The position numbers and the translations under genes are program-made. A DNA stretch of 38,552 bases. Origin: Lentisphaeria bacterium. GTDB taxonomy: Bacteria > Verrucomicrobiota > Lentisphaeria > Victivallales > UBA1829. The stretch's first letter is position 1, and every line of letters begins with the position of its first letter. The notes under the pieces were generated by a model that was not told the DNA's origin, made no database searches, and saw only the letters and a program-made list of their open reading frames with translations. Below, in pieces: positions 17,557 to 24,921 of the stretch. Where the stretch lies: assembly GCA_017524965.1 (NCBI GenBank), contig JAFXUM010000190.1, positions 1 through 38,552 of the forward strand, in the 5' to 3' direction.

Positions 17557-18370
17557 AATCAAAACCACCAGCTGAGCTGGTGGTATGCACTGCGCCTAGA
17601 AGGCGATATTACTGGCGGCCCGACACGGGCCCTGAATGGACTGCCAGTCGCATTCCCTTCACGAGCCGCCGCTAAAGCGGCCCATGAGTTTGTTTTTGTT
17701 GTTATGAACCAGTTCGAGGTCTAGAGGATTCGTCTTCTAGACCCCTTTTCTGCCTTACTTATTCTTGCCACCCGTAAACGGGTCAATGTATTCTTTGAAG
17801 GTCATTTGTTCATACGCCTCATCCTCGTCCAGTTGATGGCGGATGTATTCCTCGATTGCCTTTTTGTTGGCCCCCACCGTACTCACGAAGTATCCCCGAC
17901 ACCAGAAGTACCGGTTTCCATATTTGTACTTCAGGTTCGCATGACGGTCGAATATCATCAGAGAACTTTTTCCCTTCAGATACCCCATGAATTGCGACAC
18001 GCTCAGGTTCGGTGGGATACTCACCAGCATGTGGATGTGATCCGGACATGCGTTCGCTTCCAGAATCTCCACCTTCTTCTGCTCGCACAGCGTCCGGAGG
18101 ATTTTCCCGATGCTCACTTTGATCTTACCGTACACAGCCTGTCGACGAAATTTCGGCGCAAATACGATATGGTACTTGCAATTCCATCGGGTGTGTGATA
18201 AACTATCTGTGTTGTCTTTTGGCATTGTTGGGCCTCTTGGGTTACTTTGGGCTTTGACCGGCAGTCTAAGCTTAATGTACTCCAAGAGGCTTTTCTGCGC
18301 AACTTGAATCTAAAGTTTTTTCGGCTACTTACCGGCTGAGCCGGTAGTTTTTTTGACCTAAAGGTGTATA
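17557..18370 (-). mobile_element. IS200/IS605-family element, tnpA only (ends approximate)
   Basis: Visibly lower GC; subterminal hairpins ACCACCAGC-tga-GCTGGTGGT (17564-17584) and ACTACCGGC-tga-GCCGGTAGT (18328-18348) flank a Y1 transposase; no tnpB. Confidence 0.9.
17755..18225 (-). CDS. tnpA: IS200/IS605 Y1 (HUH) transposase
   Basis: SLSHTRWNCKYHIVFAPKFRR, HUH motif DHIHML, MGYLKGKSS, FWCRGYFVSTVG, catalytic Tyr in YIRHQ. Start set at MPKDN. Confidence 0.96.
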   Translation of the reverse strand: MPKDNTDSLSHTRWNCKYHIVFAPKFRRQAVYGKIKVSIGKILRTLCEQKKVEILEANACPDHIHMLVSIPPNLSVSQFMGYLKGKSSLMIFDRHANLKYKYGNRYFWCRGYFVSTVGANKKAIEEYIRHQLDEDEAYEQMTFKEYIDPFTGGKNK

Positions 18371-18376
18371 AAAACG

Positions 18377-18416
18377 ACCTCATGGCCTCTTCGCGGGACC
18401 ATGAGGTTTTTCTTTT
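18377..18416 (+). terminator. Rho-independent terminator (probably the native GH51 terminator, possibly bidirectional)
   Basis: ACCTCATGG/CCATGAGGT stem followed by TTTTCTTTT; A-run on the left side. Confidence 0.7.
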
Positions 18417-18585
18417 CCATCGGCGACCGGCACACGGGCATTTCACTCTCGGACAACACGATTTGAGAAACGGAACAGGTGAGCCTGCAGCGCCCTGCCT
18501 GCCGGTCGAGGCGTGCTTTCGCGCAACGCTGTTTCTTCGTCGCGGACGCCGGATCAGCGGACGCCGGGTCCGCACCACATTTCAA

Positions 18586-20853
18586 TTAGTCTCTAAATAC
18601 CTTTGGTCGCGGTCGCCGTTTTTTTGCCTCTATGTTCAGGATGATCTCCTTGACTTGTTCCTTCGGGACCTGCGTCCCCTCGAACGCATCGGGGGCAAGC
18701 TCCGTCAGGCCCTCGATGTGCTCGACGCCGGAGGTGTCGCGCACGATTTTGTAAACAGAAGAAAAATCAACGTTTTTCAAGCTGGAACACCCGGAAAAAG
18801 CCCGTTTGAGGATAACACGCACGTGGTCCGGGATGCGGATCTCCGTCAGGGCGGTGCAGCCGGAAAAAGCCTCCTCCCCGATCGCGAGGAGCCGCCCGGG
18901 CGACAAGGTAACACGCTTCAGCCCGGTACAGCCCCGGAACGCCCTTTCCTCCAAACGATTGACGTTCGGCGGGATCGTGATCTCGAGCAGCCCGGTACAA
19001 CCGTCGAATGCGGATTCCCCGATCCGGGCGAGGCCGTCCGGCAGATGAATCGTCTCCAGGGCCACGCACCCGGCGAACGCGCCGCGCAGGATGTCCGTCA
19101 CGCCGTCCGGCAGAACAATTTGCTTCAGGCGTATGCAGTCGCGGAACGCACCGTCTCCGAATCCCGAGACCGCGGCGGGCAGATCGATCGACTCGAGCTG
19201 GACGCATCCCCGGAACATGCCGCCGGGAATCCCGTTCAGATTCGCCGGCAGCCGGACGCTTTTCAGATTGGTGCAGCCGGAAAAGACACCGCCCCCGCGC
19301 AGGCGGACTCTGTCCGGAAGCCTGATCTCCGTCAGGCCGGTACAGCCGTAAAACGCATTTCCTTCTATCGTGGTCAGGGAATCCGGCAGGTCGATATGCG
19401 TCAGGGCGGTGCAGCCGGAAAAGGCGTCCTGCGAAATCCACGTCACGCCCTCGGGAACCGTGAAGGACCCCTCCACGGACGCGCAGGAGAGGATCTTCGT
19501 GCCGTCCCCGGAATAGAAGACGCCGTCCCGGAACCGGAAAAGCCGGTATTTGTCGCTTTCCTCGACCGTGATCCGGCAGCCGGTCCCCGAAAACGCGCCG
19601 TTCCAGACGGAACCGAGGTTTTTCCCGAGGACGAGGGGCGGGAGGCCGGTACACCCGAAGAACGCACAGGCGCCGATGTGGGTCACATTGTCCGGGATGG
19701 CGATGTCGGAGAGCCCGGCGCAGCCGGAAAAGGCTTTGTCCCCGATTGAGAAACACCGCGCGGGCAGCACGGCCTTTTTCAGGCTCGTGCAGTTCATGCA
19801 CACTCGTTCCGGCACGCCCCCGGCATAGGCCTCATAACCCACTCCGCCCAAATCATATACCCTCTCCACGACGGGAAGCCGGATCTCCTCCAGAGCGGTG
19901 CAGTTGCAGAACGCCGCCTCGCCCATGCTGTTCACAGTATCCGGGAGCTCGACACTGCGCAGGGCGGTGCAGTCCTGAAACGCGTTTCTGCCGATCGTCA
20001 CGTTGTCCGGCGGTTTCGGAGGCGGCGGAGACTGGATGCGGACCGATGTCAGGGCGGTGCAGCCCCGGAACACGTCGTCGCCGATCACCTTCACGCTCTG
20101 CGGGATCACGATCTCGCGCAGGCTCGTACACCCGCAGAACGCCTTATTGCCGATCGCTTTCAGCCCTTCCGGCAGACGGACCGCCGTCAGGGATTCGCAC
20201 CCGAAAAACGCTACGTCGGCGATCGACTCCACGCTGTCCGGGATCACGATCTCGCGCAGGCTCGTACACCCGTAGAACGCCTTATTGCCGATGGTCTTCA
20301 CGCCGTCCGGGATGCGGATCTTCTCCAGGGCGGAGCAGCCCTGGAATGTCATTTCCGCGATCTCCGTGATGCCGGACGGCAGTTCGATGCGCCTCAGTTT
20401 GTCGCAGGAGGAAAATGCTTGTCCGCGGATCACCGTGACGCTCTCCGGGATATGAACGCCGCGCAGTTCGGAACGGCGGGCAAAGGCTCCCCAGTCGAGC
20501 TCCGCCGTGCCGTCGGACACGACATAATCCCGGTAGCGGTATTTCAGCCATTCCCGGACCGGCGGAGGCAGATACTTCTTTCCCCACGCACTGCCGTCGA
20601 TGTATTCGCCCAGACGCGAAAACTCCTTGACGTCGGCGGATTCGACGACCGTCTTCGCCGGGATGGTGTACCGGTACATGTAATACGAAACGATCGGAAA
20701 AAGCACCGCGGGCAGGAACAGCAGGGCGATCACCAGGACCGCCTTCCTGATCCGGTCGAGACGCATTTCGCGCATGGCTTTTTCTTCGGATGGAGAGATA
20801 TCGGTGCCGCCCATGCCTGCTTTCTCCTCAGAAATCGGTTTTTCGCACTTCAT
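18586..20853 (-). CDS. BspA-type leucine-rich repeat (LRR_5) surface protein with N-terminal membrane anchor
   Basis: Many ~23-aa repeats of the form IxxxAFxGCTxLxxIxLPxxV; TM segment AVLVIALLFLPAVLFPIV. Confidence 0.92.
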   Translation of the reverse strand: MKCEKPISEEKAGMGGTDISPSEEKAMREMRLDRIRKAVLVIALLFLPAVLFPIVSYYMYRYTIPAKTVVESADVKEFSRLGEYIDGSAWGKKYLPPPVREWLKYRYRDYVVSDGTAELDWGAFARRSELRGVHIPESVTVIRGQAFSSCDKLRRIELPSGITEIAEMTFQGCSALEKIRIPDGVKTIGNKAFYGCTSLREIVIPDSVESIADVAFFGCESLTAVRLPEGLKAIGNKAFCGCTSLREIVIPQSVKVIGDDVFRGCTALTSVRIQSPPPPKPPDNVTIGRNAFQDCTALRSVELPDTVNSMGEAAFCNCTALEEIRLPVVERVYDLGGVGYEAYAGGVPERVCMNCTSLKKAVLPARCFSIGDKAFSGCAGLSDIAIPDNVTHIGACAFFGCTGLPPLVLGKNLGSVWNGAFSGTGCRITVEESDKYRLFRFRDGVFYSGDGTKILSCASVEGSFTVPEGVTWISQDAFSGCTALTHIDLPDSLTTIEGNAFYGCTGLTEIRLPDRVRLRGGGVFSGCTNLKSVRLPANLNGIPGGMFRGCVQLESIDLPAAVSGFGDGAFRDCIRLKQIVLPDGVTDILRGAFAGCVALETIHLPDGLARIGESAFDGCTGLLEITIPPNVNRLEERAFRGCTGLKRVTLSPGRLLAIGEEAFSGCTALTEIRIPDHVRVILKRAFSGCSSLKNVDFSSVYKIVRDTSGVEHIEGLTELAPDAFEGTQVPKEQVKEIILNIEAKKRRPRPKVFRD
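20101..20292. repeat. 54-bp near-exact direct repeat inside the LRR gene
   Basis: 20101-20154 vs 20239-20292, one mismatch, offset 138 nt (two LRR units). Confidence 0.85.
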
Positions 20854-20906
20854 TCCGGTTCCCCGTCCCGCGCAGGGACATCACATAAAAAACGAATCAC
20901 ATGGTT

Positions 20907-20934
20907 ACTATAGCATATAAAAAACGGAAGTCAA
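20907..20934 (-). promoter_or_regulatory. sigma70-type promoter for the LRR gene
   Basis: TTGACT-N16-TATAGT with TGc extended -10. Confidence 0.65.
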
Positions 20935-20972
20935 GCCCGGAAAGCGGAATCTTTTTTCTCCGTTCAAAATTG

Positions 20973-21020
20973 AAAACGAAAAAGGGCTGCCGCTCGCCGT
21001 GACGGTTTTGCAGCAGCCCT
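20973..21020 (-). terminator. Terminator after the GH31 gene
   Basis: AGGGCTGC/GCAGCCCT stem followed by TTTTCGTTTT on the minus strand. Confidence 0.65.
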
Positions 21021-21049
21021 GAACGTCAGACAAGGACTGACCGGTGCGG

Positions 21050-23476
21050 TCAGAGCTTGATGGAGACGGTTTTGCCGGAGTATTTGACGGTCTGGCACTT
21101 TTCGGCCGGGGTGCGCGTCTCCTCGACGCCGACGCCTTCGCCGACCTTAACGACGCGGAACGTGCGGTTCTTCAGCATGCCGGGGAAGGAGCCCTCGGCG
21201 TCGCCGATGGTGAGCGTGCCGTCCTTGTACGTGAACTCGATGGTGCTGAATTCGCCCTTCTCGTAGTTGTAGTTGTCGAACTCGTCCTCGTACAGCGTGA
21301 AGGAGCCGTTCGCGCCCGGATAGACGCGGATCTCGAGGTCGTCCCACTTCTTCTGCTCGGCGTATTCGACCGGCTCGGCGATCGGGATGATGCTGCCGGC
21401 CTTCACGAACAGCGGCACGAGGTCGAGCGGAGCGGCGATGGTGACGGTCTGTCCGCCCTCGTAGGACTTGCCGGAGTGGAAGTCAATGAACTTGGAGCCG
21501 GCGGGCAGATAGACGTCCCAGTTCTTCGTCTCGGAGACGTCGATGCGGTTGTTCTTCAGGTACATGGACTTCACGACCGGGGCGACGAGCAGGGATTTGC
21601 CGAAGAGGAACTCGGTGTCGAGCTTGTGCGTCTTCTTGTCGGCGGGGAAGTCGGCGAAGAGCGGGCGCATCATGGAGCCGCGGTTCGCGGAGACGTCGTG
21701 CATCATGGAGTAGATGTACGGGAGGAACGCGTAGCGCGTCTTGATGGCGCGGAGCATGGCGTCGTACACGGGATCGCCTTCCTTGCCGAAGAAGTACAGC
21801 TCGCGCGGGCCGTCGGTGCCGTGGCTGCGCATCATGGGCGTGAACGCGCCGAACTGCATCCAGCGGGCGTAGAGCTCGAAGAAGGAGATGTTGCGGCTGC
21901 GGTTCGGGTAGTTCCAGAGGAAGAAGCCGCCGATGTCGGCGTTCCAGTACGGGAGACCGACGAGGCCCATATTGAGGCCGCAGGCGATCTGGTCCTTCAG
22001 GGAATCCCAGCTGGTGACGGTGTCGCCGGACCAGGTGTTCGTGCCGAAGCGCTGCTGGCCGGCGTAGGCGCAGCGGGTCAGGATGAAGATGCGCTTGCCG
22101 TCGGGATTGTCGGCGCGCTGGTGCTCGTAGACGCCGCCGGTGGTATAGAACGGGTACAGGTTGCGGACGCGGCGGAACGTGCCCTGCGCGGTCATGAGGT
22201 CGAAGTCGGCGTCCTTGATGTTGTGGTGGTCCGGCTCGGTGGAGTCCATCCACCAGGCGTCGGGGCCGTAGTCCAGGAGCTTTTTCGCATAGCTCCAGTA
22301 GATGTCGCGGGCTTCCTTGCCGGAGGGATCGTAGGGACGCGCGCCGCCGGAGCCGCCGACGGAGGTGTCGTTCGGCCAGGTGTCGATGTCGAGGAGGAAT
22401 CCTTTCTGCTTCATCACGTCGAACTGCTCGGTCTTCTGACCGAAGTCGGGCCAGATCACGAGCATGGCGTGGGCGTTCAGCTCATGGACGCGGTCGAACA
22501 TCTTCTTCGGCTCGGGGAAGCCGGGGTTCAGGAACTGCATGGCGTTCCAGTAGTTGTTGTCCTCGCCCCAGTACTGCCAGTCCTGGATGATGCCGTCGAG
22601 CGGGATGTGGAGCTGACGGTATTTCTCGACGACTTCGAGCAGTTCCGCCTGCGTTTTGTAGCGTTCGCGGCTCTGCCAGAACCCGAGCGTCCAGAGGGCC
22701 TGCATCGGGCTGTCGCCGGTGAGCTTGCGCATCTGCGCGACGACGCCGTCCGTGGAGCCGCCGAACATGAAGTAGTAGTCGAGGTTTTCGCCGTCCTTGA
22801 ACATGAAGTTCAGGACGTTGTCCTTCTCCTCGAACTCGCCGCTGGCGGGGTTGTCGAGGAAGACGCCGTAGCCCTTGACCGTCTGGAACATCGGGACGGA
22901 GACGAAGCGGTAGCCCTGATGGATCGGGAACTTGCTGCCGCGCTGGGAGAACTTGTTGTTCTGCGGCTGGCCGAATCCGTAGACTTCCTCGTCCGCGTCA
23001 ATGCGGAACCGCGCCGTGACGGTGTCCGTCTTGCCGCTGGGATACTCCACGGGGGCCATCTTGAACGGCTGGGCGGCGTCCTCGGCGAGAAGGCGCGTGC
23101 CGTCCGGCTTCGAGAAGGTGATCGCGCCGGTCTTGCGGTCCAGGGACACGCTCACCGCGGAGGATTCCGCCGTATAGGTCGCATCGGTCTTTTTGACCTC
23201 GACCTGAACTTTTTCCGGCTTCAGGATGACGGTGGGCGTGACGAACGGCGTTTTCGTGCTGTTCGACGGGGTCTTGGTAACGCGGACGATCTCCGGCGAG
23301 TAGAAGACGACGCTCGTGACGATGCCGTTTTCCTCGAGCCGGAACCCGTTCTTTTCTTCGAATTTGCTCATGTTGATCTTCTGCGGTTCAAGCATTGACT
23401 GGTTTTCGTTCGCACAGGCCGCTGCCGCGGCGGCCGCCGCAATGGCCATGCAAACGGGGAGGATGAAGTGTTTCAT
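21050..23476 (-). CDS. Secreted GH31 glycoside hydrolase (alpha-xylosidase-like) with C-terminal DUF5110-like domain
   Basis: GFWQSRERY, IIQDWQYW, WWMDSTEP (nucleophile), WSGD, WNADIGGF, RWMQFGAFTPMMRSHG, LYEDEFDNYNYEKG. Confidence 0.93.
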   Translation of the reverse strand: MKHFILPVCMAIAAAAAAAACANENQSMLEPQKINMSKFEEKNGFRLEENGIVTSVVFYSPEIVRVTKTPSNSTKTPFVTPTVILKPEKVQVEVKKTDATYTAESSAVSVSLDRKTGAITFSKPDGTRLLAEDAAQPFKMAPVEYPSGKTDTVTARFRIDADEEVYGFGQPQNNKFSQRGSKFPIHQGYRFVSVPMFQTVKGYGVFLDNPASGEFEEKDNVLNFMFKDGENLDYYFMFGGSTDGVVAQMRKLTGDSPMQALWTLGFWQSRERYKTQAELLEVVEKYRQLHIPLDGIIQDWQYWGEDNNYWNAMQFLNPGFPEPKKMFDRVHELNAHAMLVIWPDFGQKTEQFDVMKQKGFLLDIDTWPNDTSVGGSGGARPYDPSGKEARDIYWSYAKKLLDYGPDAWWMDSTEPDHHNIKDADFDLMTAQGTFRRVRNLYPFYTTGGVYEHQRADNPDGKRIFILTRCAYAGQQRFGTNTWSGDTVTSWDSLKDQIACGLNMGLVGLPYWNADIGGFFLWNYPNRSRNISFFELYARWMQFGAFTPMMRSHGTDGPRELYFFGKEGDPVYDAMLRAIKTRYAFLPYIYSMMHDVSANRGSMMRPLFADFPADKKTHKLDTEFLFGKSLLVAPVVKSMYLKNNRIDVSETKNWDVYLPAGSKFIDFHSGKSYEGGQTVTIAAPLDLVPLFVKAGSIIPIAEPVEYAEQKKWDDLEIRVYPGANGSFTLYEDEFDNYNYEKGEFSTIEFTYKDGTLTIGDAEGSFPGMLKNRTFRVVKVGEGVGVEETRTPAEKCQTVKYSGKTVSIKL

Positions 23477-23527
23477 GCGTCTGCTCCGGACGTTTTGGGG
23501 TGGATAAAAAGGAAAAAAGCATGCTTT

Positions 23528-23556
23528 ATTATAATGCAGAAAAGGCAGAAAGTCAA
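23528..23556 (-). promoter_or_regulatory. Near-consensus sigma70 promoter for the GH31 gene
   Basis: TTGACT-N17-TATAAT. Confidence 0.75.
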
Positions 23557-23691
23557 CCTCATTTTTCCAAAAAAACGAAGTTTCCGAAAAAGTCCCGCAA
23601 AGTCCGCAATAATCCGCGAGTTCGGTTTTCCCGGACTGATGCGCGTTTCACGGCTTTCCGCGCTTTCGGCGGAAGCGTCATTCCGCCGCGG

Positions 23692-24840
23692 TCATTTGAA
23701 ACCCGGACTCAGTTCGAGCTGACCGGACGGCTTCCGTTCAGGGGCTTTCAGGTAGGTGTTATTGGTGAAGGAGAGGGAGGACGCACGCACGTCATAGTCG
23801 ACGTCGTATTTCAGCGTATTCCGCAGGATCTCCTCGCATTTGCCGCAGTGCGTGCAGTTTTCCGCGCATTTCGCCGCGATGCCGCCGGTGACCCAGTCGG
23901 AGGGGAACGATTTGTTGTCAATCCTGTACGGACGGAAGAACGCGCCCGGATACGGATCCATCAGGCGGAGCAGATTGCCGTCGTAGGTCCCGCTCAAATA
24001 TGCCTCCACGATCTCGAACGGATAGCGGACCTGGCGGGTGGAAAGCTTGATCGACTCGAGTTCCGGCTCGAAAACATGGACGTCTTCCGGGCGTATCCAG
24101 GAACAGCGCAGGAAATCGGCGGGATGCCCGCTTTTGAAAACGGTGCGGCAGATGAAATCCAGTCCCTGGGCATACATTTCGGGGAGCGCTCCATAGAAAT
24201 CGTGGGCGTGAAGCGTTTCATGAAAGACCTGCCACGGACAGTTCCGCACGCAGCCGCTGTTCACCAGCATGCAGAGTTTTTTGCCGTGGTCCCTGCACCA
24301 GGCCGCCATGCCGCGGAACGTCGGCAGGTCCCGCTGGACGTCACGGCAGATGTAGTAGGAATCGAACAGCGGCGCGAGGTATTCGAACGCCAGCGTGTTT
24401 CGCAGACGCATGCTGACGGACGCCCGGATCTCGATGTCGGGGAATTCGACCTTGAAAAGCTTTGCGATGTACGGCGACGTGGTCGTGACGATTTCGGGAT
24501 AAAGACCCGCCGAGGCCAGGCGCTCCACGATGCCGGTGAGCTGATGCCGCTGATCCGCCGTACACGCTTTTTCTCCGTAGCATGTGGCGTTCGCCAGCAG
24601 ATCCAGTTTCATCCCGTGTTCGCGGCAGCACTGCAGATCGGAGATGATGCGTTCCTCCTCGTTCTCCTTTCTGAGCCCGGTCGGGCGTCCGTTCAGAAGT
24701 CCCGGCCAGGCGAAATAGACCTCGCGGAGTCTGGACGCATAGCGTTTGGCCAGTTCGGCGAACGACTGCGGATCGTCCGGTTTTTTCGTCAGAAAATGGC
24801 CGACGGCGAATTTTGTTCTTTTTTCGGTCTCTGTATTCAT
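23692..24840 (-). CDS. U32-peptidase-family (probable Fe-S) protein with C-terminal Cys cluster
   Basis: LLANATC, EIRASVS, LVNSGCVRNCPW..H, SWIRPEDV, IKLSTR, YDGNLLRLM, CAENCTHCGKC. Start may be 24840 (chosen) or 24894. Confidence 0.72.
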   Translation of the reverse strand: MNTETEKRTKFAVGHFLTKKPDDPQSFAELAKRYASRLREVYFAWPGLLNGRPTGLRKENEEERIISDLQCCREHGMKLDLLANATCYGEKACTADQRHQLTGIVERLASAGLYPEIVTTTSPYIAKLFKVEFPDIEIRASVSMRLRNTLAFEYLAPLFDSYYICRDVQRDLPTFRGMAAWCRDHGKKLCMLVNSGCVRNCPWQVFHETLHAHDFYGALPEMYAQGLDFICRTVFKSGHPADFLRCSWIRPEDVHVFEPELESIKLSTRQVRYPFEIVEAYLSGTYDGNLLRLMDPYPGAFFRPYRIDNKSFPSDWVTGGIAAKCAENCTHCGKCEEILRNTLKYDVDYDVRASSLSFTNNTYLKAPERKPSGQLELSPGFK

Positions 24841-24921
24841 TTTCAGCAAAACGGAGGAATCGGTCCCGCCTGATCCATGCTCACGGCCGCACATTTTCCA
24901 TAAAACGACTCCGCCCCGGAT

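Noticed and set aside
17557-18370. TnpB/IscB RNA-guided nuclease system
   Set aside because: The element is only about 0.8 kb and encodes TnpA alone.
20101-20292. Possible DGR template/variable repeat pair (A/G mismatch)
   Set aside because: Single mismatch, both copies in frame within one LRR gene at the repeat period, and no reverse transcriptase nearby.
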